Shown here in pieces: positions 29,229 through 38,674 of a stretch of DNA of 64,000 nucleotides. How positions within the stretch are numbered: position 1 is the stretch's first letter; the number at the start of each line of letters is the position of its first letter. Source of the stretch: Candidatus Caccoplasma merdipullorum (lineage in GTDB: Bacteria; Bacteroidota; Bacteroidia; Bacteroidales; G3-4614). The notes below the pieces were generated by a model. That model did no database searches. It was not told where the DNA came from and saw nothing but the letters and a program-made list of their open reading frames with translations. Position numbers and translations under genes: made by a program. The stretch spans positions 13,292 through 77,291 of the forward strand of contig JADIMW010000003.1 in assembly GCA_017694415.1 (NCBI GenBank), given 5' to 3'.

Positions 29229-29657
29229 TTACAGCTCTTCAAGCGTTTTGGGTGATATGGGCGGTAAGGAATCGGAAGCAGGGGCCTCGCTCTCCACCAT
29301 AATTATCTTATCTACTATGTATCGGGTATATCCTCTCCACGGTAAGACGCCGAAATACTCCTTGTAGTGCAGTTCTACGTTTTCTCCGCCAAGCAACATG
29401 AGTTGTTCGGCCAAAGTCTTGTCTTCTACGGAAAAGTCGAATTCGTAGGATTGTATGCTTCCCGTATTTGTTCCTGAACGCAACCCCGACTGTATCAGTT
29501 TTCCTTCGTATGTTTTAAACACCACACCCTTACGTACTACATAATTGAGCGTGCCGGCCTTTACGCCTTCGCCGAAAACGAAATAGAACTTGAAATAACA
29601 AAACAGGCCGAGCCCTATTACCAAAACGGCTAACGATGTAATAATTACTTTCTTCAT
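29229..29657 (-). CDS. hypothetical membrane-anchored protein
   Basis: The ORF-track start at 29675 is TTG. I use ATG at 29657 (MKKVIITSLAVLVIGLGLFCYF), which gives 142 aa. No family was recognised. Confidence 0.5.
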   Translation of the reverse strand: MKKVIITSLAVLVIGLGLFCYFKFYFVFGEGVKAGTLNYVVRKGVVFKTYEGKLIQSGLRSGTNTGSIQSYEFDFSVEDKTLAEQLMLLGGENVELHYKEYFGVLPWRGYTRYIVDKIIMVESEAPASDSLPPISPKTLEEL

Positions 29658-29718
29658 ATAAAAATCTCCTGTCAATTTTTAAGTGTTGTTTTTTGCCTGT
29701 ATCTTTCTTGTTTGTTTT

Positions 29719-31095
29719 TCATGCCTGCAAAGCCACTGTCTGCCGGTGTTTTTCCTTATAGCGTGTTACTGCATATATGACTAATACCAGCAACGTGGTT
29801 ATTGTCTCTCCGACCGGAACGGAGAGCCATATTCCGGGAACGCCGAAAAATACGGGTACTGTAAGGAATGCTCCGATTATAAAAACGAACCCGCGCATTA
29901 TCGTAACGAACATAGCGCTCTTTACCCGTTCGACACTCTGGAAGTATCCTATCGATATTATGTTTATTGCAAACGGTATCATCCCCGCTGCAAACAGCGG
30001 CAATCCGGAGACTGAAATATTATATGCGGCATCGTCGGAATTTATAAACAGCGATGTTATGGGCGCACTGAGTACGGAGGTGGCGACAAAAAACAGCACG
30101 CCGCAGATTACCGCGGTTTTCAATGCTATCTTGAATGCAGAGTGTACTCTCGGAAAGTACGAGACTCCGTAATTGTAACTTATTATCGGTTGTGCCGACT
30201 GCGCAATTGAACTGTACAGCATAAATATTATCGGGAAGAAATAACATGCTATGCTGAATGCGGCTACACCGGGTTCGCCTGTATATGACATGAAGACATA
30301 ATTTCCGCACAACATCATGGCCGCTATGGTTATTTCGCACAAAAACGAGGAAAACCCTATCTTGCATACCTGCACGGTATTGCGTACCGTGCTGCTTAAC
30401 GACTTGCGGGTTATCTTCAACGGGACGAAATGTATCTGGTTGGATGTCTTGCTCAAATAGCGGAGCATTATTGCAACGCCTACCACCGAACCGAGGCTTG
30501 TTGCTATCGCCGCTCCGAAAATACCCCAGCGGAATATGAATATAAAGAGATAATCGAATATTATATTTAATACTGTGGCTATTACGTTTGCCGTCATTGC
30601 ATAACGGGGAGAGGCATCGAGACGTATGAAAAACTGAGTGCTGCAAAGCAGCGCGTTTATCGTCATAAAGGGGACGAAGCCCCAGATATAATCTTTTGCC
30701 GGAGCATAAAGCCGCGGGGAACATCCGAGCAGCATCAGCACTTTATCGACATACACGAGTATCAATACCGTACATATCAGCAGGAATACGGAAGAGACGG
30801 CTATTGCCTGCGTCATGTTTTTTCGGGCGGTTTCTTGTTTGCCGCGCGCCATGTTTACCGAAACCGTTACGGCTCCGCCCATCCCGAACATCAACCCGAT
30901 ACTTGTGGCAAAGAGCCATACGGGCGCGACAATATTTACCGCGGCCAATGCATCGCTGCCTACTCCTCGGCCGACAAATATGCCGTCGATGATTATGAAA
31001 AGCGCGGTAAACACCATGCTTGCCACTGTGGGATACAGCATCTTCCGAAACAATATCTTTATATCGGTGGTACCAAAATCAATATCGTCTTTCAT
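29719..31095 (-). CDS. MATE family efflux transporter
   Basis: The ORF-track start at 31104 is TTG. An ATG lies at 31095 (MKDDIDFGTTDIKILFRKMLYPTV). The protein has about 12 TM segments. The N-terminal block is MATE-like (IIDGIFVGRGVGSDALAAVNI). Confidence 0.88.
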   Translation of the reverse strand: MKDDIDFGTTDIKILFRKMLYPTVASMVFTALFIIIDGIFVGRGVGSDALAAVNIVAPVWLFATSIGLMFGMGGAVTVSVNMARGKQETARKNMTQAIAVSSVFLLICTVLILVYVDKVLMLLGCSPRLYAPAKDYIWGFVPFMTINALLCSTQFFIRLDASPRYAMTANVIATVLNIIFDYLFIFIFRWGIFGAAIATSLGSVVGVAIMLRYLSKTSNQIHFVPLKITRKSLSSTVRNTVQVCKIGFSSFLCEITIAAMMLCGNYVFMSYTGEPGVAAFSIACYFFPIIFMLYSSIAQSAQPIISYNYGVSYFPRVHSAFKIALKTAVICGVLFFVATSVLSAPITSLFINSDDAAYNISVSGLPLFAAGMIPFAINIISIGYFQSVERVKSAMFVTIMRGFVFIIGAFLTVPVFFGVPGIWLSVPVGETITTLLVLVIYAVTRYKEKHRQTVALQA

Positions 31096-31176
31096 GTTGT
31101 TCAAGTACCTTTCTCGTCGTATGATTTTGAATAATCTGATTCGTGCTGCAAACGGGTCGCCGCAAACGGCAATCTT

Positions 31177-31494
31177 CTATTTCCCGTCTTTTGCCGATGT
31201 TTTTTTTCGCGCCGGATTTTCGGGGAACCACCCTTTCTGCACTCGCTTTTCTTGTTCGAATATCTCTTTTATAGACCAAAAGGAGGAGAATGAAAATACG
31301 CCTATTATGGCGGAGAGCGTTATGCTTTCTACCATAAGGGAGAATATGATTCCTGCTATTCCCAACAGCAGGAATATCCACCAGCATCGTGTCCCCCAAT
31401 AGTATTCGGCCTTTATTACTACGGGGTGGAACAATCCTATTATCAGGAATGTGGATATGCCTATAAGAAGGCCGTCGATGTTTATACCATCCAT
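31177..31494 (-). CDS. small membrane protein (DUF4491-like)
   Basis: 105 aa with three hydrophobic segments. The family assignment is from memory of Bacteroidetes DUF4491 proteins and is not verified. Confidence 0.6.
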   Translation of the reverse strand: MDGINIDGLLIGISTFLIIGLFHPVVIKAEYYWGTRCWWIFLLLGIAGIIFSLMVESITLSAIIGVFSFSSFWSIKEIFEQEKRVQKGWFPENPARKKTSAKDGK

Positions 31495-31509
31495 AACGGT
31501 TTCATTTTT

Positions 31510-32289
31510 TTATAGATTATAGAACAGATACGGTCTTTTGGGTGCGGAATAGAGTTTTGCGAACTTGCGTCCTGCAATGCGGTAGAGCAGGCCTCCGAAA
31601 TGGCGGGCTTGCCGGGGGCATACATGTATGCAGCGCGCACATGATATGCATAAGCCGGAATCGCATGTCTTTATTTTTGCCTTGTCTATTGCTCCAACGG
31701 GACACATGTCGGCACATACTCCGCAACCGTTGCACTTCCTTCCGGCTTTCGGACTCAACGGTGTTTTTTTGGGTTCGCGATATGGCCGGTTGCCTTTTAT
31801 GGACGGGGATTGACCCTTTTTCACTGCGGGATTTTTTATCATTTCGGAACTTTTACGCCCCAACTCCGATGCCTCTTTTATATCGGAAGCGTCGGGACGC
31901 CCTGCTCCGACTGCGGGGAATATGGAATGGCATGCTATGAATGCGCCTCCGGATATGACATTGAAACCGCCTGCTGTTACCAAATCGCACAATTCTACCA
32001 GTGCATCGTCGAACTCTCTGTTTCCATATACCGTAACGATTATTGCCGGTGTATTGTTTCCTTTGAAATGTACCAGCCTTCCTGCTGCTACGGCCGGGAC
32101 TCTGCCGGCATATACGGGAACGCCGAATATGACGAGGTCATTTTCCCCGAACTCGGTTTCGGGGATGTCGGTACGGGATGTTATGTCTATTATTGCAGGC
32201 TTTTCGGCAGAGCTTATGCCGTTAGAGACGGCTTCGACTATCTTTTGCGTCGTACCTGTGGCACTGAAATAGATAAGGCTGACAGACAT
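31510..32289 (-). CDS. flavodoxin-like domain fused to a 2x[4Fe-4S] ferredoxin domain
   Basis: 259 aa. The N-terminus LIYFSATGTTQKI is flavodoxin-like. Two ferredoxin motifs are present (CNGCGVCADMCP and CISCARCIHVCP). Confidence 0.8.
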   Translation of the reverse strand: MSVSLIYFSATGTTQKIVEAVSNGISSAEKPAIIDITSRTDIPETEFGENDLVIFGVPVYAGRVPAVAAGRLVHFKGNNTPAIIVTVYGNREFDDALVELCDLVTAGGFNVISGGAFIACHSIFPAVGAGRPDASDIKEASELGRKSSEMIKNPAVKKGQSPSIKGNRPYREPKKTPLSPKAGRKCNGCGVCADMCPVGAIDKAKIKTCDSGLCISCARCIHVCPRQARHFGGLLYRIAGRKFAKLYSAPKRPYLFYNL

Positions 32290-32315
32290 TTGTATCGGTT
32301 TTTATTGTACTGGGA

Positions 32316-32323
32316 CAAAGGTA
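32316..32323 (-). promoter_or_regulatory. -7 promoter box for the flavodoxin/ferredoxin gene
   Basis: On the minus strand the box is TACCTTTG (plus caaaggta). It lies 26 nt upstream of the ATG at 32289. Confidence 0.45.
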
Positions 32324-32509
32324 GTGATAATTTTACTGGCTCTTGTATTGACGGCTTATATAAATAATCATAAACGGAACTTATTTGCTAAACAATAATA
32401 TTGACTTTTCCGTTTATATGCTAAAATGGCGCAAATGATGTTTCTTCTCCGGTATATACCTTTTGTCGGGGTGTAATTCTGCTATTTCCCGAAATGGGGT
32501 GTAAATGTT

Positions 32510-32566
32510 CGGGCGGGCTTACCCTTTAAGCGGAGCTCCGCTTTTTTTAAAAGGCGCGCCCGCCCG
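32510..32566. other. nested GC-rich palindromic structure with an inner hairpin plus T7 run
   Basis: The outer 9-bp stem pairs cgggcgggc (32510-32518) with gcccgcccg (32558-32566). The inner palindrome is aagcggagctccgctt (32528-32543). Seven T residues span 32542-32548, two of them inside the palindrome. Confidence 0.4.
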
Positions 32567-32620
32567 CAACATACTACAGGACGTCAAACATGTCTGCACC
32601 CATGTTCTCCGAGCGGTTTT

Positions 32621-34621
32621 CTATTTTCGGGAAATGGTGTATTTTATTCCTCCCGAAATCCATGCTCCGGGCATTTTAAGCCCGCCGTAACAGTAATAGA
32701 GGGTATTTGTTACATTCTCGGCATCGACGTATAGCATTACGTCTTTTCTGCTCCACGACAGACGCAGGTCGAGCAGTGCATACAGGTCGTATTCCTTAAC
32801 TGTTTTGTCTGCTGCCGCATAGTTGCCGTTTCTTTTGTTTATGGATGCTGTCGCCGATATCGTAAAGCCGCCGCCGGGCGCAACCGTCAAGCGTGCCACG
32901 CCTTTATGTTTCAAATAATCGAGTGCATATTTCGAGATATATCCGTTGTCGCCCTTGTCGGTATATATGTATGAATATGACAATGTGGCTTCGCGCAATA
33001 CTCCTTGCTCGGAAGTATATCCTGCCGACGTTTCTACTCCCGCCGTATTGAGAGATGTTATCTGCATCGACTGCCAGTCGGCATCGACGGATGTTTTTAT
33101 CCAGTCTATTATGTTGCGCCCTTGCCGATAGTATGGCGATACGGATATGTTGAACCCTTTCTGCCCGTACGATATGGACAAACGGTATGTCATTGCGTCT
33201 TCGGGCTTTAAATCGGGATTGCCGATATATCCTTTGGCGGTATAATACAGGTCGGTGAACGTGGGAAGGCGGTTGCTCCGGTTGAACGAGGCTGTTAATG
33301 CAAGACCGTCCAAAGGCCGGTATCCCAGTTCTGCTCCGCATATTGCATCGGTTCCGTACGGAGACAGCGAGATTCCCGCGGAGGCTCCGACCTTGAATTT
33401 TTGAATTGTCTTTGAATGCCGCAACCATATATCGCCGATATTGCGCGCCGTTCCTCTGGTATAATCTATTCCGGGATTGCCGCACTTTCCGCGATGTGGT
33501 TCGGCGAGTGGTTCGCCCAGTACTGTAGAGTATATGTGGTTGTAGTAGTAGTTCCCTCCCAACGTGGTTTTGCCGGCTATGGAGAGATACGACAGCCACA
33601 TCTCGGCCGTAATGTTATCGGTGTTGTGATAGTTGTACGGGACTGCCGTCGGGTTGTTCCGCACCAGTTCGAATCGGTCGTAATTTTTACGATAGGCTGC
33701 CGAAATGCTTATCGAAAGGTTTTTGTATATCTCGGCACACCACCTTAATGACGATATTATCGTCGAGGTATGTTCGTACTGGTCGGGGTACGACAGGGAA
33801 TAGAAACTGTTTGCCCCGAACGAACGGTTCTGGTAACCCAACTGCATGTCGAGGACTCCGCCTTTTCGCGAATGGTATGTTCCGCGAATGAATCCGTTGT
33901 AGTTTATGAAATCGGTATTTTCGGCATAACCGTCCGACTTGCGGACTGATGTGGCTCCGAAAAGCGAAAAGCCTCCTTTTTTTATCGCACCCGACAGGTT
34001 CGCATACATGTATCCGTATGCTCCGGCTTCGAGTCGGGCACTGAGATACTCGGGTTCGGCCGGTGTGGTAACGATATTTACGGCTCCCGCGTATGCTCCT
34101 GTTGCGGTAATTCCTTCCATAAGGGATATGGACGATACGGCGTCGATGTCAATAGGAAGGGAATGGGTCTGGTGCCCTGTACGGGCATCAGTAAAGTTTA
34201 TACCGTTGAGCATAATCATCGTCTGGTCGAATGATGCTCCTCTAATCTGAATGTCTGCCTGCACCCCTTTGCCTCCTCGCTGACGGATGTCTATCGACGG
34301 CGAAACGGAGAGTGCAGCCTCTATCGTCTGTAGGGGAGACGATGTTTCGCTCGTACGTTCGAACAGGGTAACGGGGGTGAGAATTGAAGGGACGGGGGCT
34401 ATTGCATCTCCCACTATGTCCACCTCGTCCATCTCCACAATGTCGTCGATGGCGACTGAGGCTTCCTGCCCTTTAATCTCGGTTGCAGGCAAGACGATGC
34501 ACATGGTTACGGAGAGTACGCACACTTTCACTTCTCTTCCGAGAGAGGCGAACGGCGCATAGCTTGCCCGCGACCAATGACTGAAGGCAAATTGCTCTGC
34601 CTTGCGGATTTTTTTTGTCAT
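32621..34621 (-). CDS. TonB-dependent receptor (small, BtuB/CirA-sized)
   Basis: 666 aa with a plug region followed by barrel strands. The conserved TBDR block is NRLPTFTDLYY. Confidence 0.88.
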   Translation of the reverse strand: MTKKIRKAEQFAFSHWSRASYAPFASLGREVKVCVLSVTMCIVLPATEIKGQEASVAIDDIVEMDEVDIVGDAIAPVPSILTPVTLFERTSETSSPLQTIEAALSVSPSIDIRQRGGKGVQADIQIRGASFDQTMIMLNGINFTDARTGHQTHSLPIDIDAVSSISLMEGITATGAYAGAVNIVTTPAEPEYLSARLEAGAYGYMYANLSGAIKKGGFSLFGATSVRKSDGYAENTDFINYNGFIRGTYHSRKGGVLDMQLGYQNRSFGANSFYSLSYPDQYEHTSTIISSLRWCAEIYKNLSISISAAYRKNYDRFELVRNNPTAVPYNYHNTDNITAEMWLSYLSIAGKTTLGGNYYYNHIYSTVLGEPLAEPHRGKCGNPGIDYTRGTARNIGDIWLRHSKTIQKFKVGASAGISLSPYGTDAICGAELGYRPLDGLALTASFNRSNRLPTFTDLYYTAKGYIGNPDLKPEDAMTYRLSISYGQKGFNISVSPYYRQGRNIIDWIKTSVDADWQSMQITSLNTAGVETSAGYTSEQGVLREATLSYSYIYTDKGDNGYISKYALDYLKHKGVARLTVAPGGGFTISATASINKRNGNYAAADKTVKEYDLYALLDLRLSWSRKDVMLYVDAENVTNTLYYCYGGLKMPGAWISGGIKYTISRK

Positions 34622-34657
34622 CTTCTTGTCTTTTTTTGATTAATAATTAAGTTAATT

Positions 34658-34685
34658 CTGTTTTGCAAAACAGCGGACAAAATTA
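34658..34685 (-). promoter_or_regulatory. -7 box plus a perfect 16-bp dyad in the TonB-dependent receptor leader
   Basis: On the minus strand the -7 box is TAATTTTG (plus caaaatta, 34678-34685). It is followed immediately by the palindrome ctgttttgcaaaacag (34658-34673), which covers the predicted TSS. Confidence 0.4.
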
Positions 34686-34810
34686 ATAAAGATGACAAAA
34701 CTGTAAAATATCAGCCGCAGCTCCGCCGGGCATAATATTGTTAATCTGCACGGGGACAATGGGATATAAGTCTATTTTGAGATTTGTTTTTTGTTATGTA
34801 GCAGTATTTT

Positions 34811-35707
34811 TTACCTGCCTGCCCTGTATTCTTTTGGCGTAATGCCTGCTATTTTCTTGAACAGACGGCTGAAATGCTGAGGATAACGGAATCCGAGTTC
34901 GTATGCTATTTCACTTATTGTCTTTTCTGTGTCATAGATTTTTTCTTTGGCCATATCCATCAGTTTGTCTTGTATATGTTCCGATGCGCTTTTTCCTGTC
35001 TCCTTTTTTATTAAATCGCCGAAATAGTTTGGCGACAGATTTAGTTTGGCGGCACAATATTTTACTGTCGGCAATCCTTCGGGGTGCTGTTTTCCGGATG
35101 TGAAATAGTCGTTCAGCACTTCTTCGAAACGAGCCAATATGCCGCGATTGGCTTCTCTGCGGGTTGTGAACTGTCTGTCGTAAAACCTAAGGCAATAGTT
35201 GAGGAAGAGCTCGATGTTTGAAACTATCAACCGCTTGCTGTGGCTGTCTGTTTCGTATTTTAATTCTGCCGCGATATTTTGCATGCAATTCAATACTGTA
35301 CTCCGTTCTTGTTCGGTGAGATGCAGTGCTTCGTTGGACTGATATGAAAAGAACGTGTAACGGTTTATGGTTCTCCCGAGGGGTGTGCCTCTGAGTATGT
35401 CGGGATGAAACATCAAAGCATATCCTTGGGGTTTGAATTTTTCGCCGTTATCTTCTATTCCTGATATTTGCCCGGGCGCTATGAAAACGAGTGTCCCTTC
35501 CTGATAATCGTAATAGTTGCACCCGTATCGGAGATTGCCGCATTTTATTTCTTTTAAAAATATACAGTAAAATCCGAAAGCATGAAGTCCGTGCCTTGTT
35601 TCGGGGGATTTTGACAAATCTATTACTGCTACAAAGGGATGTTGTGTTTTTTGTCCCAGATATTCGGTATAACTTGTTACGGTATCGAATCGTAATATAT
35701 TGCCCAT
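34811..35707 (-). CDS. AraC family transcriptional regulator
   Basis: 298 aa with a cupin-like N-terminal half. The C-terminal HTH is ISEIAYELGFRYPQHFSRLFKKIAGITPKEYR. Confidence 0.9.
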   Translation of the reverse strand: MGNILRFDTVTSYTEYLGQKTQHPFVAVIDLSKSPETRHGLHAFGFYCIFLKEIKCGNLRYGCNYYDYQEGTLVFIAPGQISGIEDNGEKFKPQGYALMFHPDILRGTPLGRTINRYTFFSYQSNEALHLTEQERSTVLNCMQNIAAELKYETDSHSKRLIVSNIELFLNYCLRFYDRQFTTRREANRGILARFEEVLNDYFTSGKQHPEGLPTVKYCAAKLNLSPNYFGDLIKKETGKSASEHIQDKLMDMAKEKIYDTEKTISEIAYELGFRYPQHFSRLFKKIAGITPKEYRAGR

Positions 35708-35733
35708 ATCTTTTTCGGATTATTGTCTATTTA

Positions 35734-35741
35734 CAAAGTTA
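35734..35741 (-). promoter_or_regulatory. -7 promoter box for the AraC regulator gene
   Basis: On the minus strand the box is TAACTTTG (plus caaagtta). It lies 26 nt upstream of the ATG at 35707. Confidence 0.4.
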
Positions 35742-35921
35742 ATGCTTTAGCTTTTTCTCATATCGGGCATATGTAAATGTGGTATAATATTCAGTAATCG
35801 GATTAATTATTCTTGTCTTGGCATAAGGGTTTGCCTCGGATGTAAAAAACACTCCGGGTTTTAACGACACGGGAGCGGTCGATATGCGATGTTTCTCCTG
35901 TATGCTTCGGGACGGGGAATC

Positions 35922-36758
35922 TTATTTTTTTGTCAGGACGAGCAAATCCTGAAAGTCCAACGGCTCGCGGCCTTTCGACCACCCTCCTCTCGACTTTAGG
36001 ATGACTTGCATTCCGCTTTGCCGTATCATGTCGTAAAGATAGTTTTCGTCGTATGCCACGTTTGCCTCTTTTACGTTTGCCGACATAAGATAATAACCGT
36101 TATATGCATGGTTGAACTCGAATGTTGTCTGCTTGTCGTTCATTGCCTTCCGGACTTCTTCATCTATAATGAAAAATGTGGCCATGCACCTACCTCCGTC
36201 TTTCAGAACCTGAGAAATCTGCTCTAAATAATGCTGCACGTCCTCCGGCATCATGTGGGTAAATACCGACGTTAGGACAACGCTGTCGAAACTGTTGCGG
36301 GGATACGGAAACTGAAAACTTTTTGCTTCGTTTTCGGTACTGAGATTGTATAAATCGTTTTTTAAATCTACATATCTGAAATGGAAATTGGGGTATTCGG
36401 GGGTAATATTCCTGTTACACCACCTTATTCCCATTTTTACTATGTCGAACCCTTCATAAAGGCCTTCGGCCGAAAGGTATCTTGTAAGGGGGATTGCCAA
36501 ACGTCCTATTCCGCACCCTACGTCCAATATCTTTCCGTCGGGTTTCAATCCGGTATGTTCTACTACAAGATTTTTCAATCTTTCGCCTTGTTGCCTGAAA
36601 TCGCCCGAACCGATAAATATCATGCCTCTGGGGGGTATCTTGTCGTCCTGACGCTTGAACAGTTTCATATATGCGTCATACGGGAAATAGTATATCCGCC
36701 TTGCCACGAATCTCAATTTTGGGGTCAATGCGAAATATATTGTTCTGACGATATTCAT
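35922..36758 (-). CDS. class I SAM-dependent methyltransferase
   Basis: 278 aa. Motif I is ILDVGCGIGRL. A downstream acidic loop and the block VVLTSVFTHM are present. Confidence 0.8.
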   Translation of the reverse strand: MNIVRTIYFALTPKLRFVARRIYYFPYDAYMKLFKRQDDKIPPRGMIFIGSGDFRQQGERLKNLVVEHTGLKPDGKILDVGCGIGRLAIPLTRYLSAEGLYEGFDIVKMGIRWCNRNITPEYPNFHFRYVDLKNDLYNLSTENEAKSFQFPYPRNSFDSVVLTSVFTHMMPEDVQHYLEQISQVLKDGGRCMATFFIIDEEVRKAMNDKQTTFEFNHAYNGYYLMSANVKEANVAYDENYLYDMIRQSGMQVILKSRGGWSKGREPLDFQDLLVLTKK

Positions 36759-36872
36759 AATGTGATGTTTTTACCGCAAACTTGTTTTTTCTGATTATTG
36801 TCCTTCCGGAAGAGCTGGATAGATGAAATCTTTATCGATGGTTCGTGTTGCTTATCGGATACAGCCCGGGTT

Positions 36873-37691
36873 CTACATCAAATCCAAATCTTTGGCTTTG
36901 CCTTTGTATTGGGGCTTTCGCTTCTCGATAAACGCACTTATTCCTTCGTTATAATCGCTGCTGCGATATACTCTTTCGCGCCATGCGTTTATGCGTTCGA
37001 AATCTTCGGCCGAGATACTCGATGCGGCTTTGCTCAATACTCTGAACTGCCGTTTCATTGCACTGACCGAGACTATGGAGTTGCGACGCATGGGGGCAAG
37101 TATTTTCTCTTCCAGCAACGCTGGCAACTCTTCGGCCGGGGCTATATGGTTGAGCAACCCAACGTTAAGGGCATCGGCCGCCTTTATGGCATTGGCGGTA
37201 AAGAACATTTCGCGCGCCTTGTTTATTCCGAGTTGGTTGATGAAGTGCATCAGCCCCGACGAATTGTAGGGGATTCCTATTTTTGCAGGGGTTATGGCAA
37301 ATGTCGAGGTATCGACGGCCACTATCATATCGCACGAGAGACACAGGTCGCATGCCCCGCCCCACACGCTTCCTTCGACGTATGCGACTACGGGAATGGG
37401 TATGTCTTGTATAAGGCGCAACAAACGTTCGAGGTGTACGTCGTACCCGAGAGGGTCGTCGCCGTCGAGGGGCAGTTCGCGAATATCGTGCCCGGCGCTC
37501 CACACGCCGCTTTTACTGCATTTTGCCTTGATTATTATACATACGTTTTCTTCTTCGTAGGCTTTTTTTATTGCCTCCGTCATGGTTGTACAGAGGGCAT
37601 GCCCCAAACAGTTGAGGTGTTCGGGGTTTGCCATCTCTATAAAACAGATTCTGTCATCTGTCGTAACGTTTATAATATCTGTCGTCTGCAC
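36873..37691 (-). CDS. scpB: methylmalonyl-CoA decarboxylase-like enoyl-CoA hydratase/isomerase family protein
   Basis: 272 aa, colinear with E. coli YgfG/ScpB as I recall it. The shared blocks are VWSAGHDIRELP, VEGSVWGGA and ISAFIEKRKPQYKG. The start is GTG (cac at 37689-37691), in the same frame as manA and 4 codons after its TAA. Confidence 0.8.
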   Translation of the reverse strand: MQTTDIINVTTDDRICFIEMANPEHLNCLGHALCTTMTEAIKKAYEEENVCIIIKAKCSKSGVWSAGHDIRELPLDGDDPLGYDVHLERLLRLIQDIPIPVVAYVEGSVWGGACDLCLSCDMIVAVDTSTFAITPAKIGIPYNSSGLMHFINQLGINKAREMFFTANAIKAADALNVGLLNHIAPAEELPALLEEKILAPMRRNSIVSVSAMKRQFRVLSKAASSISAEDFERINAWRERVYRSSDYNEGISAFIEKRKPQYKGKAKDLDLM

Positions 37692-37703
37692 TTCAATTTT
37701 TCT

Positions 37704-38672
37704 TTATCGGGGTATATAGCACTCGAGAAGTTTTGCCTTGCCGGTTATGGTTACTTTTTCGGTGGATGCGGGAACGAGTATCGTCTCGCCTTGTTTTATA
37801 GGGGTTACTCCGCCTTCGGAATCGGTTACCGTGGCTTCGCCGCCCATGCAGATATAGATTACGAATGAATCGCGTTTTGCTATCTCGCATTCCACGCTGC
37901 TTGTTACGTCGAGCAGATTGGTTACGAAATATTGGCATTCGGCAAGTTTTACTTCTTTGTCGGATGCGGGGGTATAGGTTGTCAGCAAATCGTCGTAGAG
38001 TTTGTAGTCGATTGCGTCTTTTGCCAACTCGGTATGGAGCTCGCGGGTATTGCCGTTTTTGTCTTTGCGGTTGTAGTCGTATATGCGGTATGTGATGTTG
38101 GAGCTCTGCTGTATTTCGGCTATGAAGATTCCTTTTCCTATTGCATGGATTCGGCCTGCGGGAAGGAAAAATACGTCGCCGCTTTTTACTTTATGGAAAC
38201 TCAATACGTCGGTTATGGTGTTGTTTTCTACGCGCTTTACATATTCGTCGGGGGTTATCTGCTGCGAGAACCCGGAATACAAACCGGCTCCTTCGCTTGC
38301 CGATATTACATACCACATTTCGGTTTTTCCGAGCGAATTGTGGCGTACGGCTGCCAGTTCGTCATCGGGGTGTACCTGTATCGAGAGGTTGTCGCGTGCG
38401 TCTATGAACTTTATCAGCAGCGGAAATGTCTCGCCGTACTTTTCGGATACGTGTTTTCCCATAAGTGCTGCTCCTTCTTTTTGCATTACTTCGGTAAGGG
38501 TTTTTCCTTTGTATTCTCCGTCGGCCACTACCGAGACGTTTCCTTCTACCTGCGATATTTCCCAGCTTTCTCCTATCCCGTCCAATTCGGGGGTTATACC
38601 TTTGAACTTGCAAATCTGATCCCCGCCCCAGATTATGGTCTTGAGGATGTTTTCAAACTTTAGTGGTTTCAT
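37704..38672 (-). CDS. manA: class I mannose-6-phosphate isomerase
   Basis: The ORF track shows 460 aa, but the first 138 aa overlap the upstream gene and are Arg-rich junk. The true ATG is at 38672 (MKPLKFENILKTIIWGGD). The zinc motif is LSIQVHPDD and a cupin block (AGRIHAIGKG) is present. Confidence 0.88.
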   Translation of the reverse strand: MKPLKFENILKTIIWGGDQICKFKGITPELDGIGESWEISQVEGNVSVVADGEYKGKTLTEVMQKEGAALMGKHVSEKYGETFPLLIKFIDARDNLSIQVHPDDELAAVRHNSLGKTEMWYVISASEGAGLYSGFSQQITPDEYVKRVENNTITDVLSFHKVKSGDVFFLPAGRIHAIGKGIFIAEIQQSSNITYRIYDYNRKDKNGNTRELHTELAKDAIDYKLYDDLLTTYTPASDKEVKLAECQYFVTNLLDVTSSVECEIAKRDSFVIYICMGGEATVTDSEGGVTPIKQGETILVPASTEKVTITGKAKLLECYIPR

Positions 38673-38674
38673 AG

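Noticed and set aside
34622-34810. A cobalamin or TPP riboswitch upstream of the small TonB-dependent receptor.
   Set aside because: I found no B12-box (GCCACTG-like) or TPP (CTGAGA ... ACCTGATCTGGATAATGCCAGCG-like) elements on the minus strand. The leader from the predicted TSS is only ~50 nt.
36798-37868. A 356-aa plus-strand ORF covering the scpB-like gene and part of manA.
   Set aside because: It is antisense to two well-supported genes. It has unusual composition (Tyr/Gly/Cys/Phe-rich) and no motifs.
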